NCBI GenBank assembly: GCA_030390025.1
Contig: JASTWF010000033.1
Location: 5,334,001-5,398,000, forward strand
DNA from: Squalus acanthias
Taxonomy: Eukaryota
DNA length: 64,000 nucleotides
Reading direction: 5' to 3'
Part shown: positions 49,185-60,907 of the stretch, piece by piece
Position numbering within the stretch: position 1 is the first letter of the stretch
Layout of the letters: every line of letters begins with the position of its first letter
The notes under the pieces: model-generated
The model's database searches: none
What the model was told of the DNA's origin: nothing
Seen by the model: only the letters and a program-made list of their open reading frames with translations
Made by a program: the position numbers and the translations under genes

Positions 49185-49815
49185 AAAAACACGATGGTTA
49201 AGCACGATTAGCCTTTCACAAAACCGAGCTGGCTTTCTTTAATTAATCTGCACCTATCCAAGTGACTGTAAATTTTGACCCTGATTGCTGTTTTAAAAGC
49301 TTCCATAAACCGAGGTTAACCTGACTGGCCTGTAGTTGCTGAGTTTATCTTTATACCCTTTTTTGAACAATGGTGTAACATTTGCAATTCTCCAGTCCTC
49401 TGGCACCATCCCCATATCTATGGAGGATTGGAATATTATGGCCAGTTGTTCCGCGATTTCCACATTTACTTCCCTCAGTTTCCTAGGATGCATCCCATCC
49501 ACTCCTGGTGATTTATCTACTTTAAGCGCAGCCAGCCTACTAATTCCTCTTCTTTATCAATTATTATACTATCAAGTGTCTCCACTACCTCCTCCTTCAC
49601 TATGTCTGTGGCAGCATCCTCTTCCTTGGTGCAGGCAGATGCAAAGTACTCATTCAATACCTCAGTCATGCCCTCTGCCTCCATGCGTAGGTCTCCATTT
49701 TGGTCCCATTCGGCACCACCCCTCCACTTAATACCCTTTTTCTATTTAAATGCCTGTAGAAGGCTTTTGGATTACCTTTTTGCTGGCTGCCATTCTATTC
49801 TCATACCATCTCTTT
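49185..49815 (-). mobile_element. CR1 internal fragment
   Basis: DGMHPRKLREV..PEDWRIANVTPLFKKG..NYRPV. Confidence 0.85.
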
Positions 49816-49939
49816 GCCCCTGTGAGTGTGAACAGAACTGTACAGAGGAACAGCAAATGTAATAGTTGTTAACCTTGAACCACAAATGTGAATTATTCTA
49901 ATATTCTATCGAATATTTTGTTTAACATGTTTTTAAAAA

Positions 49940-50010
49940 TGCTTCCGCCCAGTTTCAATCCGGGAACTTTTCGCATTAGGTGAACGTGATAACCACTACA
50001 CCACGGAAAC
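49940..50010 (-). pseudogene. tRNA-Val pseudogene (2-nt deletion in the anticodon loop)
   Basis: GTTTCCGTGGTGTAGTGGTTATCACGTTCACCTAATGCGAAAAG... Confidence 0.82.
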
Positions 50011-50584
50011 GCTGAGTTGCTGTTATATTTCGAACATAACTAGAGTTTTAACCTGCACAACTGGCGGATACTTCAGGGGCTTTGTTTATAAGAATTGAAT
50101 TACGGTGCTATATTTAGGAAGGCTGTGAGATTGGCAGAAATTGATCCAGACTTTACAGATGGGAACATAGCAACAGAAGGAGGCCATCTATCCCCTGCAA
50201 CCAGGTTCTCCTGAAGTCCAAGGTGTGTAAGGAAATCAACCATCAAATTAACTACAAGCGTTCAGGCAATTTTCTGAAAGCAAAGCGCTTTTAGTCCTTG
50301 TCAATATCTCTTGTCTATTTCCCTATGGTTCCTGATTCTGTTTGTCCCTCTGTCTTTGTTTAACCTGTGTGACCACCTGCAGGTTGACTTTGAACGAATA
50401 CCTGTGTTTGTGTCTGAATTAAAAACAGAAAATGCTGGAAATACTCAGCTGGTCAGGCAGCATCTGTGGAGAGAGAAACACAGTTAACGTTTCAGGTCGC
50501 TGACCTCTCGTCATAACAGAAAAAAGTTAGAGTTGTAACAGGTTTTAAGCAAGTACAGAGGCAAGGGAAGAGGGGAGAGGAAGA

Positions 50585-50986
50585 TGCAGTGGTGTTCCCC
50601 AGGGGTCTGTATTAGGACCACTGCTCTTTTTCATATATATTAATGACCTGGACGTGGGTATACTGGGCATAATTTCCAAGTTTGCAGATGAAAGGAGACT
50701 CAGAAATGTAGTAAACAATGATCCGGAAAGTAACAGACTTCATGAGGACATCTACAGAGTGGTGGAATGGGCAGAGACACAGCAGATGGAATTTAACACA
50801 GAGAAGTGTGAAGTGATCCATTTTGGTCGGAAGATTGAGGAGATGCAACACAAACTAAATGGAACAATTTTAAATCAGGTGCAGGAACAAAGAGACCTGG
50901 GGGTGTATTTATCTATCTTTGAAGGTGGCGGGACAAGTTGAAAAGGCTGTTAAAAAGCCTACGGGATCCTTGGTTTTATTAATAGA
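50585..50986 (+). mobile_element. CR1 RT fragment (paralog of 52790-53196)
   Basis: ISKFADE..QMEFNTEKCEVIHFG..EQRDLGV. Confidence 0.85.
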
Positions 50987-52110
50987 GAGGTCGCACAACA
51001 CCAGGTTATAGTCCAACAGTTTTATTTGAAATCACAAGCTTTCAGAGCTATCGATCGCCCCTTCCTCAGGTGAAGTAGTAAAGAAATACAGACTCGACAA
51101 AGCATATATAGATAGAGAACAATGCATGTGTACCTTACAATTGCAGACAACTAAATTAAGTCATCCTGACTATCTGCCGAGGTGTGATAAAGTTAATCAG
51201 GTCAGCCAGGAAGGTACCACATCAAAGACATAGCAAGATACAACTGAGACAATGAGGTGGAGTCGCAGGGGGTCTAACGTGTCAAAAGCTGCCGTCTGTA
51301 TGTAAAACGATAAGCTGTAAAAAAAAATTACTTTTTTACTGGGAAAATTTTTACTTTTTTACTGGGTATCACATCTGTGAACAAGCCAATGACGACTCGA
51401 GTCCGGATCACGTCATGTATCGTGACATAAACCCAAGATCCCGGTTGAGACCGTCTTCATGAGTGCGGAACTTGGCTATCAGTTTCTGCTCGATGATTTT
51501 GCGCTGTCGTGTGTTCCTAAGGTTGCCTTGGAGAACGCTTACCCGCACATCCGAGGCTGAATGTCCTTGACTGCTGAAGTGTTCCCCGACTGGGAGATAA
51601 CAATCCTGCCTGGTGATTGATGCGCGGTGCTCGTTCATACGTTGTCTCAGTGTCTGCATGGTCTCGCCGATGTACCATGCCGCGATGCATTCTTTCCTGC
51701 AACGTATGAGGTAGACAACGTTGGCCGAGTCACATGAGTATGTACCATGTACCTGGTGGGTAGTGTCCTCACGTGTGATGGTGGTATCTGTGTTGATGAT
51801 CTGGCATGTCTTGCAGAGTTTGCCGTGGCAGGGTTGTGTGGTGTCGTGGTCGCTGTTATCCTGAAAGCTGGGTAATTTGCTGCGAACGATGGTACTTCTG
51901 AGGTTAGGCGGCTGTTTGAAGGCAAGTAGTGGAGGCGTGGGGATGGCCTTAGCGAGGTGTTTGTCGTCATCGATGACATGTTGAAGGCTGTGAAGAACAT
52001 GGCGTAGTTTCTCCGCTCCGGGGAAGTACACAGATACCACCATGTTCTTTGCAGCCTTCAACATGTCATCGATGACGACAAACACCTCGCTAAGGCCATC
52101 CCCACGCCTC
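50987..52110 (-). mobile_element. Penelope-like retroelement 3' part: GIY-YIG endonuclease, 3' UTR and terminal repeat
   Basis: AFKQPPNL, C..CKTC, NVVYLIRC, WYIGET.QTLRQRMNEHR, VGEHF, GLNRD motifs in ORF 51408-52030. Confidence 0.93.
51032..51073 (-). ncRNA. minimal type I hammerhead ribozyme motif in the Penelope terminal repeat
   Basis: ucac-CUGAGGA-a-ggggc(gaucgaua)gcucu-GAAA-gc-UU-guga: intact core, stem II, palindromic AAGCUU in place of stem III. Confidence 0.75.
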
Positions 52111-52471
52111 AAACACTGTTTCATTTCTCCTGCCTTGGACTAATGAAAGGGCTTTAAAATCCCCGCCCACTCCCAGAGGGTGTCAGACAGCATCAGAAGC
52201 AGCGCTCACCTGTCAGTCACCGTCTCACGCCCGCTTTCACCACCTGCTGCCGGCGGACTGCAGTAAATCCAATTACACGCACCGAGCCCCCACAATCATC
52301 ACATCACAGGGAAATAAACTGGGAAACTGCTCAAAATACACAACAGGCCGAGCAGCTTCTGAAAAACAATTAAACTTGTTGCGGGAAACAATATTCAGAA
52401 CTGCTAACAAGGCCGTGTACAAATATAAACTGTTGGTGTATGAGCCAAGGACTTAAGCTCTGGTATTTCCT

Positions 52472-52672
52472 CCCTAAAGCTCTCCGCCTCTCTTTCCTCC
52501 TTTAAGACTCTCCTTAAAATCTTTCACGTGGATCAAGCTTTCAGTCATCTGTCCTAATATCTCCTTATGTGGCTCGGTGTCAAATTCTGTCTGATAATCG
52601 CTCCTGTGAAGCACCTTGGGACGATTTACTACTTTAAAGGCGCTATATAAATGCAAGTTGTTTTTGTTGTTG
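52472..52672 (+). mobile_element. L2-type LINE 3' end
   Basis: ctcctttaagac..ggctcggtgtcaaattc..gcaccttgggacg..aaaggcgctatataaatgcaagttg tail. Confidence 0.78.
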
Positions 52673-53196
52673 TGTATATGGGTGTGGTGTTTATATATAA
52701 AATGGGTGTTTATAGAATGAGTGCGATGCTGTGCACGTGTATTAATTGTAAATAGGGGTGAACGGTTAGTTTTCAGACAGGAAGGAAGTATACAGTGGTG
52801 TTCCCCAGGGGTCGGTGTTAGGATCACTGCTCTTTTTGATATATATTAATGACCTGGACTTGGGAATACTGGGCATCATTTCAAAGTTTGCAGATGGCAG
52901 GAAACTCAGAAATGTACTAAATAATGAGACAGAACGTAACAGACTTCATGAGGACATCTACAGTGTGGTGAAATGGGCAGAGAAATAGCAGATGAAATGT
53001 GAAGTGTGAAGTGTGAAGTGATCCATTTTGGGCGGAAGATTGAACTGAGGCGATATAAACTAAATGCTACAATTTTAAATCGTGTGCAGGAACAGAGTGA
53101 CCTGGATTTACCAAAGATTGATCTATCTTTGAAGTTGGTGGGACAAGTTGAGAAGGCTGTTAAAAGGCATATGGGATCCTTGGCTTTATTAATAGA

Positions 53197-53420
53197 TGGG
53201 AGAAGTCGCACAACACCAGGTTATAGTCCAACAGCTTTATTTGAAATCACAAGCTTTCGGAGCGCTGCTCCTTCGACAGATGACCTTCTTCACTTCACCT
53301 GACGAGGGAGCAGCGCTCCGAAAGCTTTTGATTTCAAATAAAGCTGTTGGACTATAACCTGGTGTTGTGCGAATTCTCACATTTGTCCACCCCAGTCCAA
53401 AACCTGCATCTCCACATCAT
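53197..53420. mobile_element. Penelope-derived palindromic mini-element, copy 2
   Basis: inverted arms ~53200-53283 / ~53295-53378; 13-bp TSD CTTTATTAATAGA at 53184-53196 and 53421-53433. Confidence 0.9.
53294..53332 (+). ncRNA. minimal hammerhead ribozyme motif
   Basis: CUGACGA-g-ggagc(agc)gcucc-GAAA-gc-UU; core intact, stem I weakened. Confidence 0.7.
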
Positions 53421-53782
53421 CTTTATTAATAGAGTCATAGATTACAAAAGCAAGGAAGTAATGCTAAACATTTATACATCATTGGTTCGGCCTCAGGTGG
53501 AGGATTCTGGGCACAACATTTTAGGAAGGATGTGAAGGCAGAAAAGTTTCACAAGCATGTTTCGGGGGATGAGGGACTTTATTTACGTGGATAGACTGGA
53601 GAAGCTGTCGTTGTTCTCCTTAGAGCAGAGAAGTTTGCGAGGAGATCTGATAAAGGTGTTCAAAATCACGAGGGTCCTAGACAGGGCAGTGTCCGAGGCC
53701 CAACCATCTTCAGTTGATTCATCAATTACCTTCCCTCCAAAATAAGGTCAGAAATGGGGATGTTCGCTGAAGTCTGCACAGA

Positions 53783-56636
53783 AGCATAGAAGCATAGAAG
53801 ATAGGAGCAGGAGTAGGCTATTCGGCCCCTCGAGCCTGCATCGCCATTTAATGAGATCATGGCAGATCATCCAAATTCAGTACCCTGTCCCTGCATTCTC
53901 CACATATCCCTGAATCCCTTTAGCCTTAAGAAATATATCTATCACCTTCTTGAATATATTTAATGAATTGGCCTCAACTGCCTTCTGTGGCAGAGAATTC
54001 CACAGGTTCACCACTCTCTGGGTGAAGAAATTCCTCTTTATCTCAGTCCTAAATGGATCACCCCTTATCCTTAGACTGTGACCCTGGTTCTGGACTCACC
54101 ACCATCTGAAACAGCCTTCCTGCATCTAGTCTGTCTAGTCCTGTTAGAATTTTATAAGTTTCAATGAGATCCCCTCTCATTCTTCTAAACTCTAGCGAAT
54201 ATAAGCCTAATCGACCCAATATCTCTTCATACGTCATTCGTGCCATCCCAGGTATCAGTCTGGTGAATCTTCACTGCACTCCCTCCATGGCAAGAACATC
54301 CTTCCTCAGATAAGGCGACCAAAACTGCACACAATACTCAAGGTGTGGTCTCATCCAAGGCCCTGTACAGCTGCAGCAAGACATCCTTGCTCCTGTACTC
54401 GAATCCTCTCGTTATGAAGGCCAACATACCATTTGCCTTCTTAACCGCCTGCTGCACCTGCATGCTTACCTTCAGCAACTGGTGCACAAGGACTCCAAGA
54501 TCTCGTTGCACTTCCCCTTTTCCCAATCTATTGCCGTTCAGATAATAATCTGTCTTCCTGTTTTTGCCACCAAAGTGGATAACCTCGCATTTATCCACAT
54601 TATACTGCATCTGCCATGCATCTGCCCAATCACCCAACCTGTCCAAATCATACTGGAGTTTCTCTGCATCCTCCTCACAGCACACACGCCCACCCAGCTT
54701 TGTGTCGTCTGCAAACTTAGAAATATTACATCTAATTCCCTCGTCTAGATCATTAATATATATTGTGAATGGCTGGGGTCCTAGCACCGATCCCTGCAGT
54801 TCCCTACTAGTCACTGCCTGCAACTCAGAAAAAGACCCATTTATTCCAACTCTTTGCTTCCTGTCTGCAAACCAGTTCTCTATCCAAGACAGTACCTTAC
54901 CCCCAATCCCATGTGCTTTAACTTTGCATGCTAATCTCTTATGCGGGACCTTATCGAAAGCCTTCTGAAAGTCCAAATACACCACATCCACTGTTTCTCC
55001 CTTATCTATTCTACCAGTTACATCCTCAAAAAATTCCAGTAGATTAGTCAAGCATGATTTACCTTTTGTTAATCCATGTTGACTTTGTCCGAACCTGTCA
55101 CTGTTTTCCAAGTGCTCTGCTATTACATCTTTTATAATGGACTCTAGCATTTTGCCCACTACCGATGTCAGTCTTACCGGTCGAAAATTCCCCGTTTTTT
55201 CTTTACCACCTTTTTTAAATAGTGCGATTACATTAGCTACCCTCCAATCCATGGGAACTGTTCCAGAACTATAGATTTTGTAAGGTGAGCAGCAATGCAT
55301 CTACTTTTTCTAGGCCACTTCCTTAAGTACCCTAGGATGTAGAATATCAGGCCCTGGGGATTTATCAGCCTTCAATCCTGTCAATTTCCCGAACACCATT
55401 TCCCTACAAATACTGATTTCATTCAATTCCTCCCTCTCATTAGACCCTATGTTCCAATACATCTCTGGGAGTTTATTTGTGTCCTCCTTTTTGAAGACAG
55501 AACCAAAGTAAGTATTTAATTGGTCTGCCATTTCTTTGCTCCCCATTATACATTGCCCTGATTCTGACTGCAAGGGACCTACGTTTGACTTCACCAATCT
55601 TTTTCTCTTCACATATTTATAGAAGCGTTTATAGTCAGTTTTTATGTTCCCTGAAAGCTTACTCTCATATTCTTTTTTCCCCCTCTTAATTAATCCCTTT
55701 GTCCTCCTTTGCTGAATCCTAAACTGCTCCCAATCCTCAGGTTTGCTGCTTTTTCTGGCCAATTTATATGTCCTCTCCTTGGGTCTTATGCTATCCCTAA
55801 TTTCCCTTGTTAGCCACGTTTGAGTCACCTTTTTCTTTTATTTTTAAGCCAAACAGGGATGAACAATTTCTGTCGTTCATCCATGCGATCTTTAAATGTT
55901 TGCCATTGCCTAGTCACCGTCAACCCTTTAAGTAACGCTCCCCAATCCACCCTAGCTAACTCGCGCCTCATACCATCATAGTTTCCTTTATTTAAATTCA
56001 GGACCCTAGTCTCTGAGTCAACTACTTCACTCTCCAGCTTAATGAAGAATTCTATCATATCATGATCGCTCCTCCCCAAGGGACCTCGCACAACAAGATT
56101 GCTAATTAATCCTTTCTCATTACATAATACCCAGTCGAAGATGGCCTGATCTCTTGTTGGTTCCTCGACATATTGGTCCAGGAAACCATCCCGTATACAC
56201 TCTAGGAATTTCTCCTCCACAGTATTGTTACTAATTTGGTTAGCCCAATCTATATGTAGATTAAAGTCACTCATGATAACTGCTGTGCCCTTATTGCACG
56301 TATCTCTAATTTCCCATTTAATGCCATCCCCAACCTCAGCATTACTGTTTGGGGGTCTGTATACAACTCCCACTAACTTTTTCTGCCCCTTGGTATTTCT
56401 CAGCTCTAAGCATACAGATTCCACATCATCAGAGCTAATATCCTTGCTTACTATTGTGTTAATCTCCTCTTTAACCAGCAATGCTACACCACCTCCTTTT
56501 CCTTTTTGTCTGTCCTTCCTGAATATTGAATACCCCTGGATGTTGAATTCCCAGCCTTGGTCACCCTGGAGCCATGCCTCCGTAATCCCAATTATATCAT
56601 ATCTGTTTACATCTATTTGCACAGCTAATTCATGCA
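53783..56636 (-). mobile_element. near full-length CR1 ORF2 (APE endonuclease plus RT, frameshifted) with 3' tail
   Basis: ORFs 55825-56688 (GITEAWL, GGGVALLVKE, YRPPNS, SDH), 55310-55828 and 54338-55300 (DFQKAFDKVPH, FADDTK). Confidence 0.95.
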
Positions 56637-57907
56637 AATGGATGTTGTCTACATGGATTTTAGAAAGGTGTTTGACAAAGTACCACATAGAAGGCTGGTT
56701 TACAATATTGAGGCTGATGGAATAGCAGGGTCAGTGGTAGCTTGGATCAGGAATTGGCTGAAGGATAGAAAACAGCGAGTTGTGGTAAATGGCTGTTTTT
56801 CACACTGGAGGATGGTAGACAGTGTTGTTCCCCAAGGGTCAGTGCTGGGGCCATTGCTTTTGTGATATTTATAACTGACCTGGATATTGTATTACAGAGT
56901 AGAATTTCTAAATTTGCCGACGACACCAAACTTGGGGGTGTAACAAACAGTGAGGATGATACCAATCGACTGCAGCAGGACAGAGAAAGGCTAGCAGAAT
57001 GGGCAGACAAGTGGCAGATGGAATTTCATACAGAGAAGTATGAAGTGATGCATTTTGGCAGAAGGAACAGTGAGACGCAATATACACATAATGGCACAGT
57101 TTTAAAGAGTGTGCAGGGAAAGAGGAACCTGGGATTTAATGTGCATAGGTCCTAGAAGGTGGCAGGACATATGGAGGGAGTGGTTAACAAAACATATCGG
57201 ATCTTGGGCTTCATAAATAGAGGTATGGAGTACAAAAGTAGAGAAGTGATGCTGAACCTTTATAAAGTTATGGTTAGGCCGCAACTGGAGTACTGCGTCC
57301 AGATCTGGTCACCACATTTTAGGAAGGATGTGAAGGCCCTTGAGAGGGTGCAGTGGAGATTTACCAGAATGGTCGCGGTGATGGGGGATCTTAGCTACAA
57401 GGACAGGCTGGAGAAGCTGCATTTGTTTTCATTACAACCACAACAACTTGCATTTATCTAGCGCCTTTGACATAATAAAACGTCCCAAGGCGCGGCACAG
57501 GAGTATTTTAAGACAAAGGAGGTTGAGGGGTGATCTGATACAGGTGTAAAACATTATAATGAGTTTGGATAGGCTAAACGGGGAAAGGATGTTCCCACTA
57601 GTTGATGTTAAAAGGACTAGGGGACACATATTTAAGTTATTGGGGAAGAGATACAGGAGGGTCGTTAGGAAAAAAAAATACGCAGCGAGTGGTGAGGACC
57701 TGGAATTCGCTGCTGACGGAAGTGGTGGAAACGGAGACACTCAATGTTTTCAAGTGTAGACTGGATAGGCACTTGAGGGAAATAAACCTTCAGGGCTGCG
57801 GGGACAGAGCGGGGGGAATGTGACTGACTGGATTGCTCTACAGAGAGCCAGCACGAACTCGATGGGCCGAATGGCCTCTTTCTATGCCGTTTTGACTCTA
57901 TGACTAT
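56637..57907 (+). mobile_element. CR1 3' half carrying the same L2-tail insert (57435-57507) as the copy at 1-835
   Basis: [34 protein letters not shown]; tail tgactctatgactatg. Confidence 0.92.
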
Positions 57908-58363
57908 GAACTATAGAGCAGTGATAATGGGAGACTTCAACTGTCCTAATATATCTGAGAATCAGGCTAAATATAGAAAGTTCATTTGAGATGTGAAAAG
58001 GAAAATAAGAGGGGAAAGAGAGTGTATGAGAATAGAATGGCTGCTGACATAAAAGGTAATCCAAAAGTCTTCTATAGGCGTATATTCCCAAGTTTAACGA
58101 CACTAATTAGTTACACAGTAAGTCGTGTGGATGGGAGCAGAAATTGCAAAGGGACATAGACTAAGTGGACAAAATCAGAGGCATCTGATTCAGAAGATTC
58201 GGGAGAAGGAATTTCGGGACTTTAATGAGTTTGAAAGGAACATTTTTGACTTGTGCAGTTTCTATCAGAGAAATGTTAGTGATGGGAAATTAATCCTGAA
58301 TCTGGGATTCAGCATTTCCCCTTCTCGCTGAACAGATCTTTCCGGAGGCAGTGTGAACCAATG

Positions 58364-58437
58364 GTTTCCGTAGTGTAGCGGTTATCACGTTCGCCTTGCA
58401 CTCGAAAAAGCACCCGGCTTGATCCCGGGCGGAACCA
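58364..58437 (+). pseudogene. tRNA-Val scaffold, anticodon TGC, damaged B box
   Basis: gtttccgtagtgtagcggttatcacgttcgccttgcactcgaaaaagcacccggcttgatcccgggcggaacca. Confidence 0.82.
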
Positions 58438-59081
58438 TTATGTTCGAGAGTATTATTTCTGTGAAATAAATTAATACACAGTGTGTAAAATCAGATCGGT
58501 GATAAAACTTCATCAATGAATAAAGTTTCGCAAATTATTAAATTTAAGTTATTGAAGTTTCGACTCTCCCTCAGTGTGAGCATCTCTTTCATTCTGCAAA
58601 AACAACTCTATCGGTTAATGAATGGTGATTAAAACAATTAAACCACTAAACTACCAGAAAACACTTTTCGAGTTTATCACAATTGCTTACATTTCTTATC
58701 AATGTTCTTGTGTTTTTTCAGCTTAGTCCTTTTCAGCTCCTGACTGCGGATATTCCTCTGATTAAACCGAAACAAAATGCAACATCTCGCAGCCCCGGCC
58801 TCGGTTAATATCATCAGATCGAAGCCGCATTTCAGACGCGGAAACAAACCCGTTAATTACTCGCTCTTCCCCAGCTCCAGAGCTCAGAGGGTTATTGTCC
58901 ATCCTGGGCTGCAAGATACCAGGGATCCGGGCCAAACCTCCCCATACACCGAGCACAGGCTCAGAAACACCCCGGGGGAGATGATATCCCGGTCACTGAG
59001 CCTTCAAGCAGCATTGAACAAGCATCCGGACTGAAACTTTCTAAATGTGGAAGTGATAACTTGCAGTTTAGCTTGGGAGCT

Positions 59082-59165
59082 GTTCGGATGGCCTAGTGGT
59101 CTAAGGCGCTGCGTTCACGTTGCAGTTTCATTTGATAGGCGTGGGTTCGAATCATCCTTCTGACA
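59082..59165 (+). pseudogene. tRNA-Leu(CAG)-derived pseudogene, anticodon now CAC
   Basis: ggatggcctagtggtctaaggcgctgcgttcacgttgcag...aggcgtgggttcgaatc..ctgaca; long variable arm; T stem broken. Confidence 0.83.
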
Positions 59166-59306
59166 TTCCCTATATTTAATTACTAAGTGCAACTCATTTC
59201 TTTTCACGCCACTGTGAAGCGCTTTGGGACATCCCTGAAAAGTGGGATTCAGCGTTTCACCTGCTCGCTGAACATTTCCTTCAGACCTGATACTGAAAGT
59301 GGAGAC

Positions 59307-59344
59307 GTTTCTGCAGTGCAGGAGCTATCACGTTCACGGAAACA
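59307..59344 (+). pseudogene. internally deleted tRNA-Val remnant
   Basis: gtttctgcagtgcaggagctatcacgttca|cggaaaca then TTTT. Confidence 0.55.
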
Positions 59345-60907
59345 TTTTGTTGGAACTTGCTCCTTATACATGTCCAGGGGCGAGTTTGCTCTGCTGTGAA
59401 AGGACATAAGAACGAAAGAATTAGGAGCAGGAGTCGGCCTTATGGCCCCCCGAGCCTGCACCGCCATTCAATCAGATAATGGCTGATCTTCGACCTCAAC
59501 TCCACTTTCCTGCCTATCCCCATATCGCTTGATTCGACTGCAGTCCAAAAATCATCGATCTCAGCCTTGAATATACTCAACGAATGAGCATCAACAGCAC
59601 TTTGGGGCAGAGATTAACAAGGAAAGGGGCTGCAATCTTTTTAAATCTAACAATGGTGGATGTCACAAGCATCGAAAAATTTTAAGCAAACTCCGAAAAT
59701 AGAGTGTGTAAAATGAGAAGGGATAACATTTCATGACATGCAAAGCAGGGAAATCAATGTGTGAAATGGGACTTGGATAACATTGATGTAAATATATTTC
59801 TGCCTGACATGGTAGTGGAAGCAGATTCAATATTAACTTTCAAAAGGGAAATAAGTTGAAAAAGAAACTCTTGCAGCGCTTCGGGAAAAGAGCTGGGGAG
59901 TGGGAATAATTGGCTCGCTCTTTCAAAGAGCCGGCACAGGCACGATGTGGCGAATGGCCTCCTTCTGTGCTGTATAATTCTGTGATTCTATAATAATTTA
60001 TTGCAGTTTGGCTGTCACTCAGTAAACTTGTTAGCAATTCCTGCAGTGAGCAACACAATGTTGTTGGTTGATTAATGATGATTGAAACAATTATAAAATG
60101 TCTCACAGACTTGAATTATTCCTTAATACCTGTGGTTAAAAAAAACCTATCAATCGCAGATTTAAATGAACAATTGATGCAGCATCTTTGAAAGAGCTAT
60201 CCAATTAGTTCCACTCCGCTGCTCTTCCCCCACAGCCCTACTGACCCTCCTGCCAGTGGAAACAGTTTCCCCCATAATTTTGAACAGTTCTATTAAATCT
60301 CCCCTGAACTGTGATTAATGGAGTTTAACGTGGGCAAGATTCAGATCATCCACTTTGGGCCTAAGAAACTCGGTCAGTGTGTGGTCTGAAAAAATTATGT
60401 CAGAGCATTTTTGTTCTGTGAAATAGCCGGTCCTGTTAAATTTAACAAAAGTTGCCCCAGATCCCTGCTCTCACAAGCAATGAACATTTTAAACCATTCT
60501 CCTAAATTACAATGTGTAAAATGAGATATGGGTTAACAGTTCAGCACAAGCAAAGAGCAAAATAAATGACTGAAGTTTCGACTGTCCCTCAGTCACCATA
60601 TTATATTATTTATCATTCTGCAAAAGAAGGTTATCAGTTAATTAATGGTGATTCAAACATTTCTTAATTTTTTCACGTTAGTTGCATGTTATTTATTCGC
60701 TTTAATTAATTAAAAACGGTGATGTCAAAGTTACTTCCCTAACCGGGAATCGAACACGGGTTACACTTACTGATAAGAATAGGTTATTGAACCAGTTAAA
60801 GTTGTCCTCGAAAAATCTCACACTGCTAAATTAAAATCACGGCTACAATTTGTTTCATTGTAAAATAAGGGGATTGAAAAGGACAAATAAAAACGCCAGG
60901 CAGCGCC

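Larger units (their letters stand above)
52790..53685 (+). mobile_element. CR1 RT fragment interrupted by the palindromic mini-element
   Basis: KCEVIHFGRK..; reading resumes FINRVIDYKSKEVML after 53421. Confidence 0.85.

Noticed and set aside
58780..59035. GC-richer stretch considered as snRNA, 7SK or vault RNA
   Set aside because: No recognisable match to any RNA family by eye; an Rfam search would be needed.
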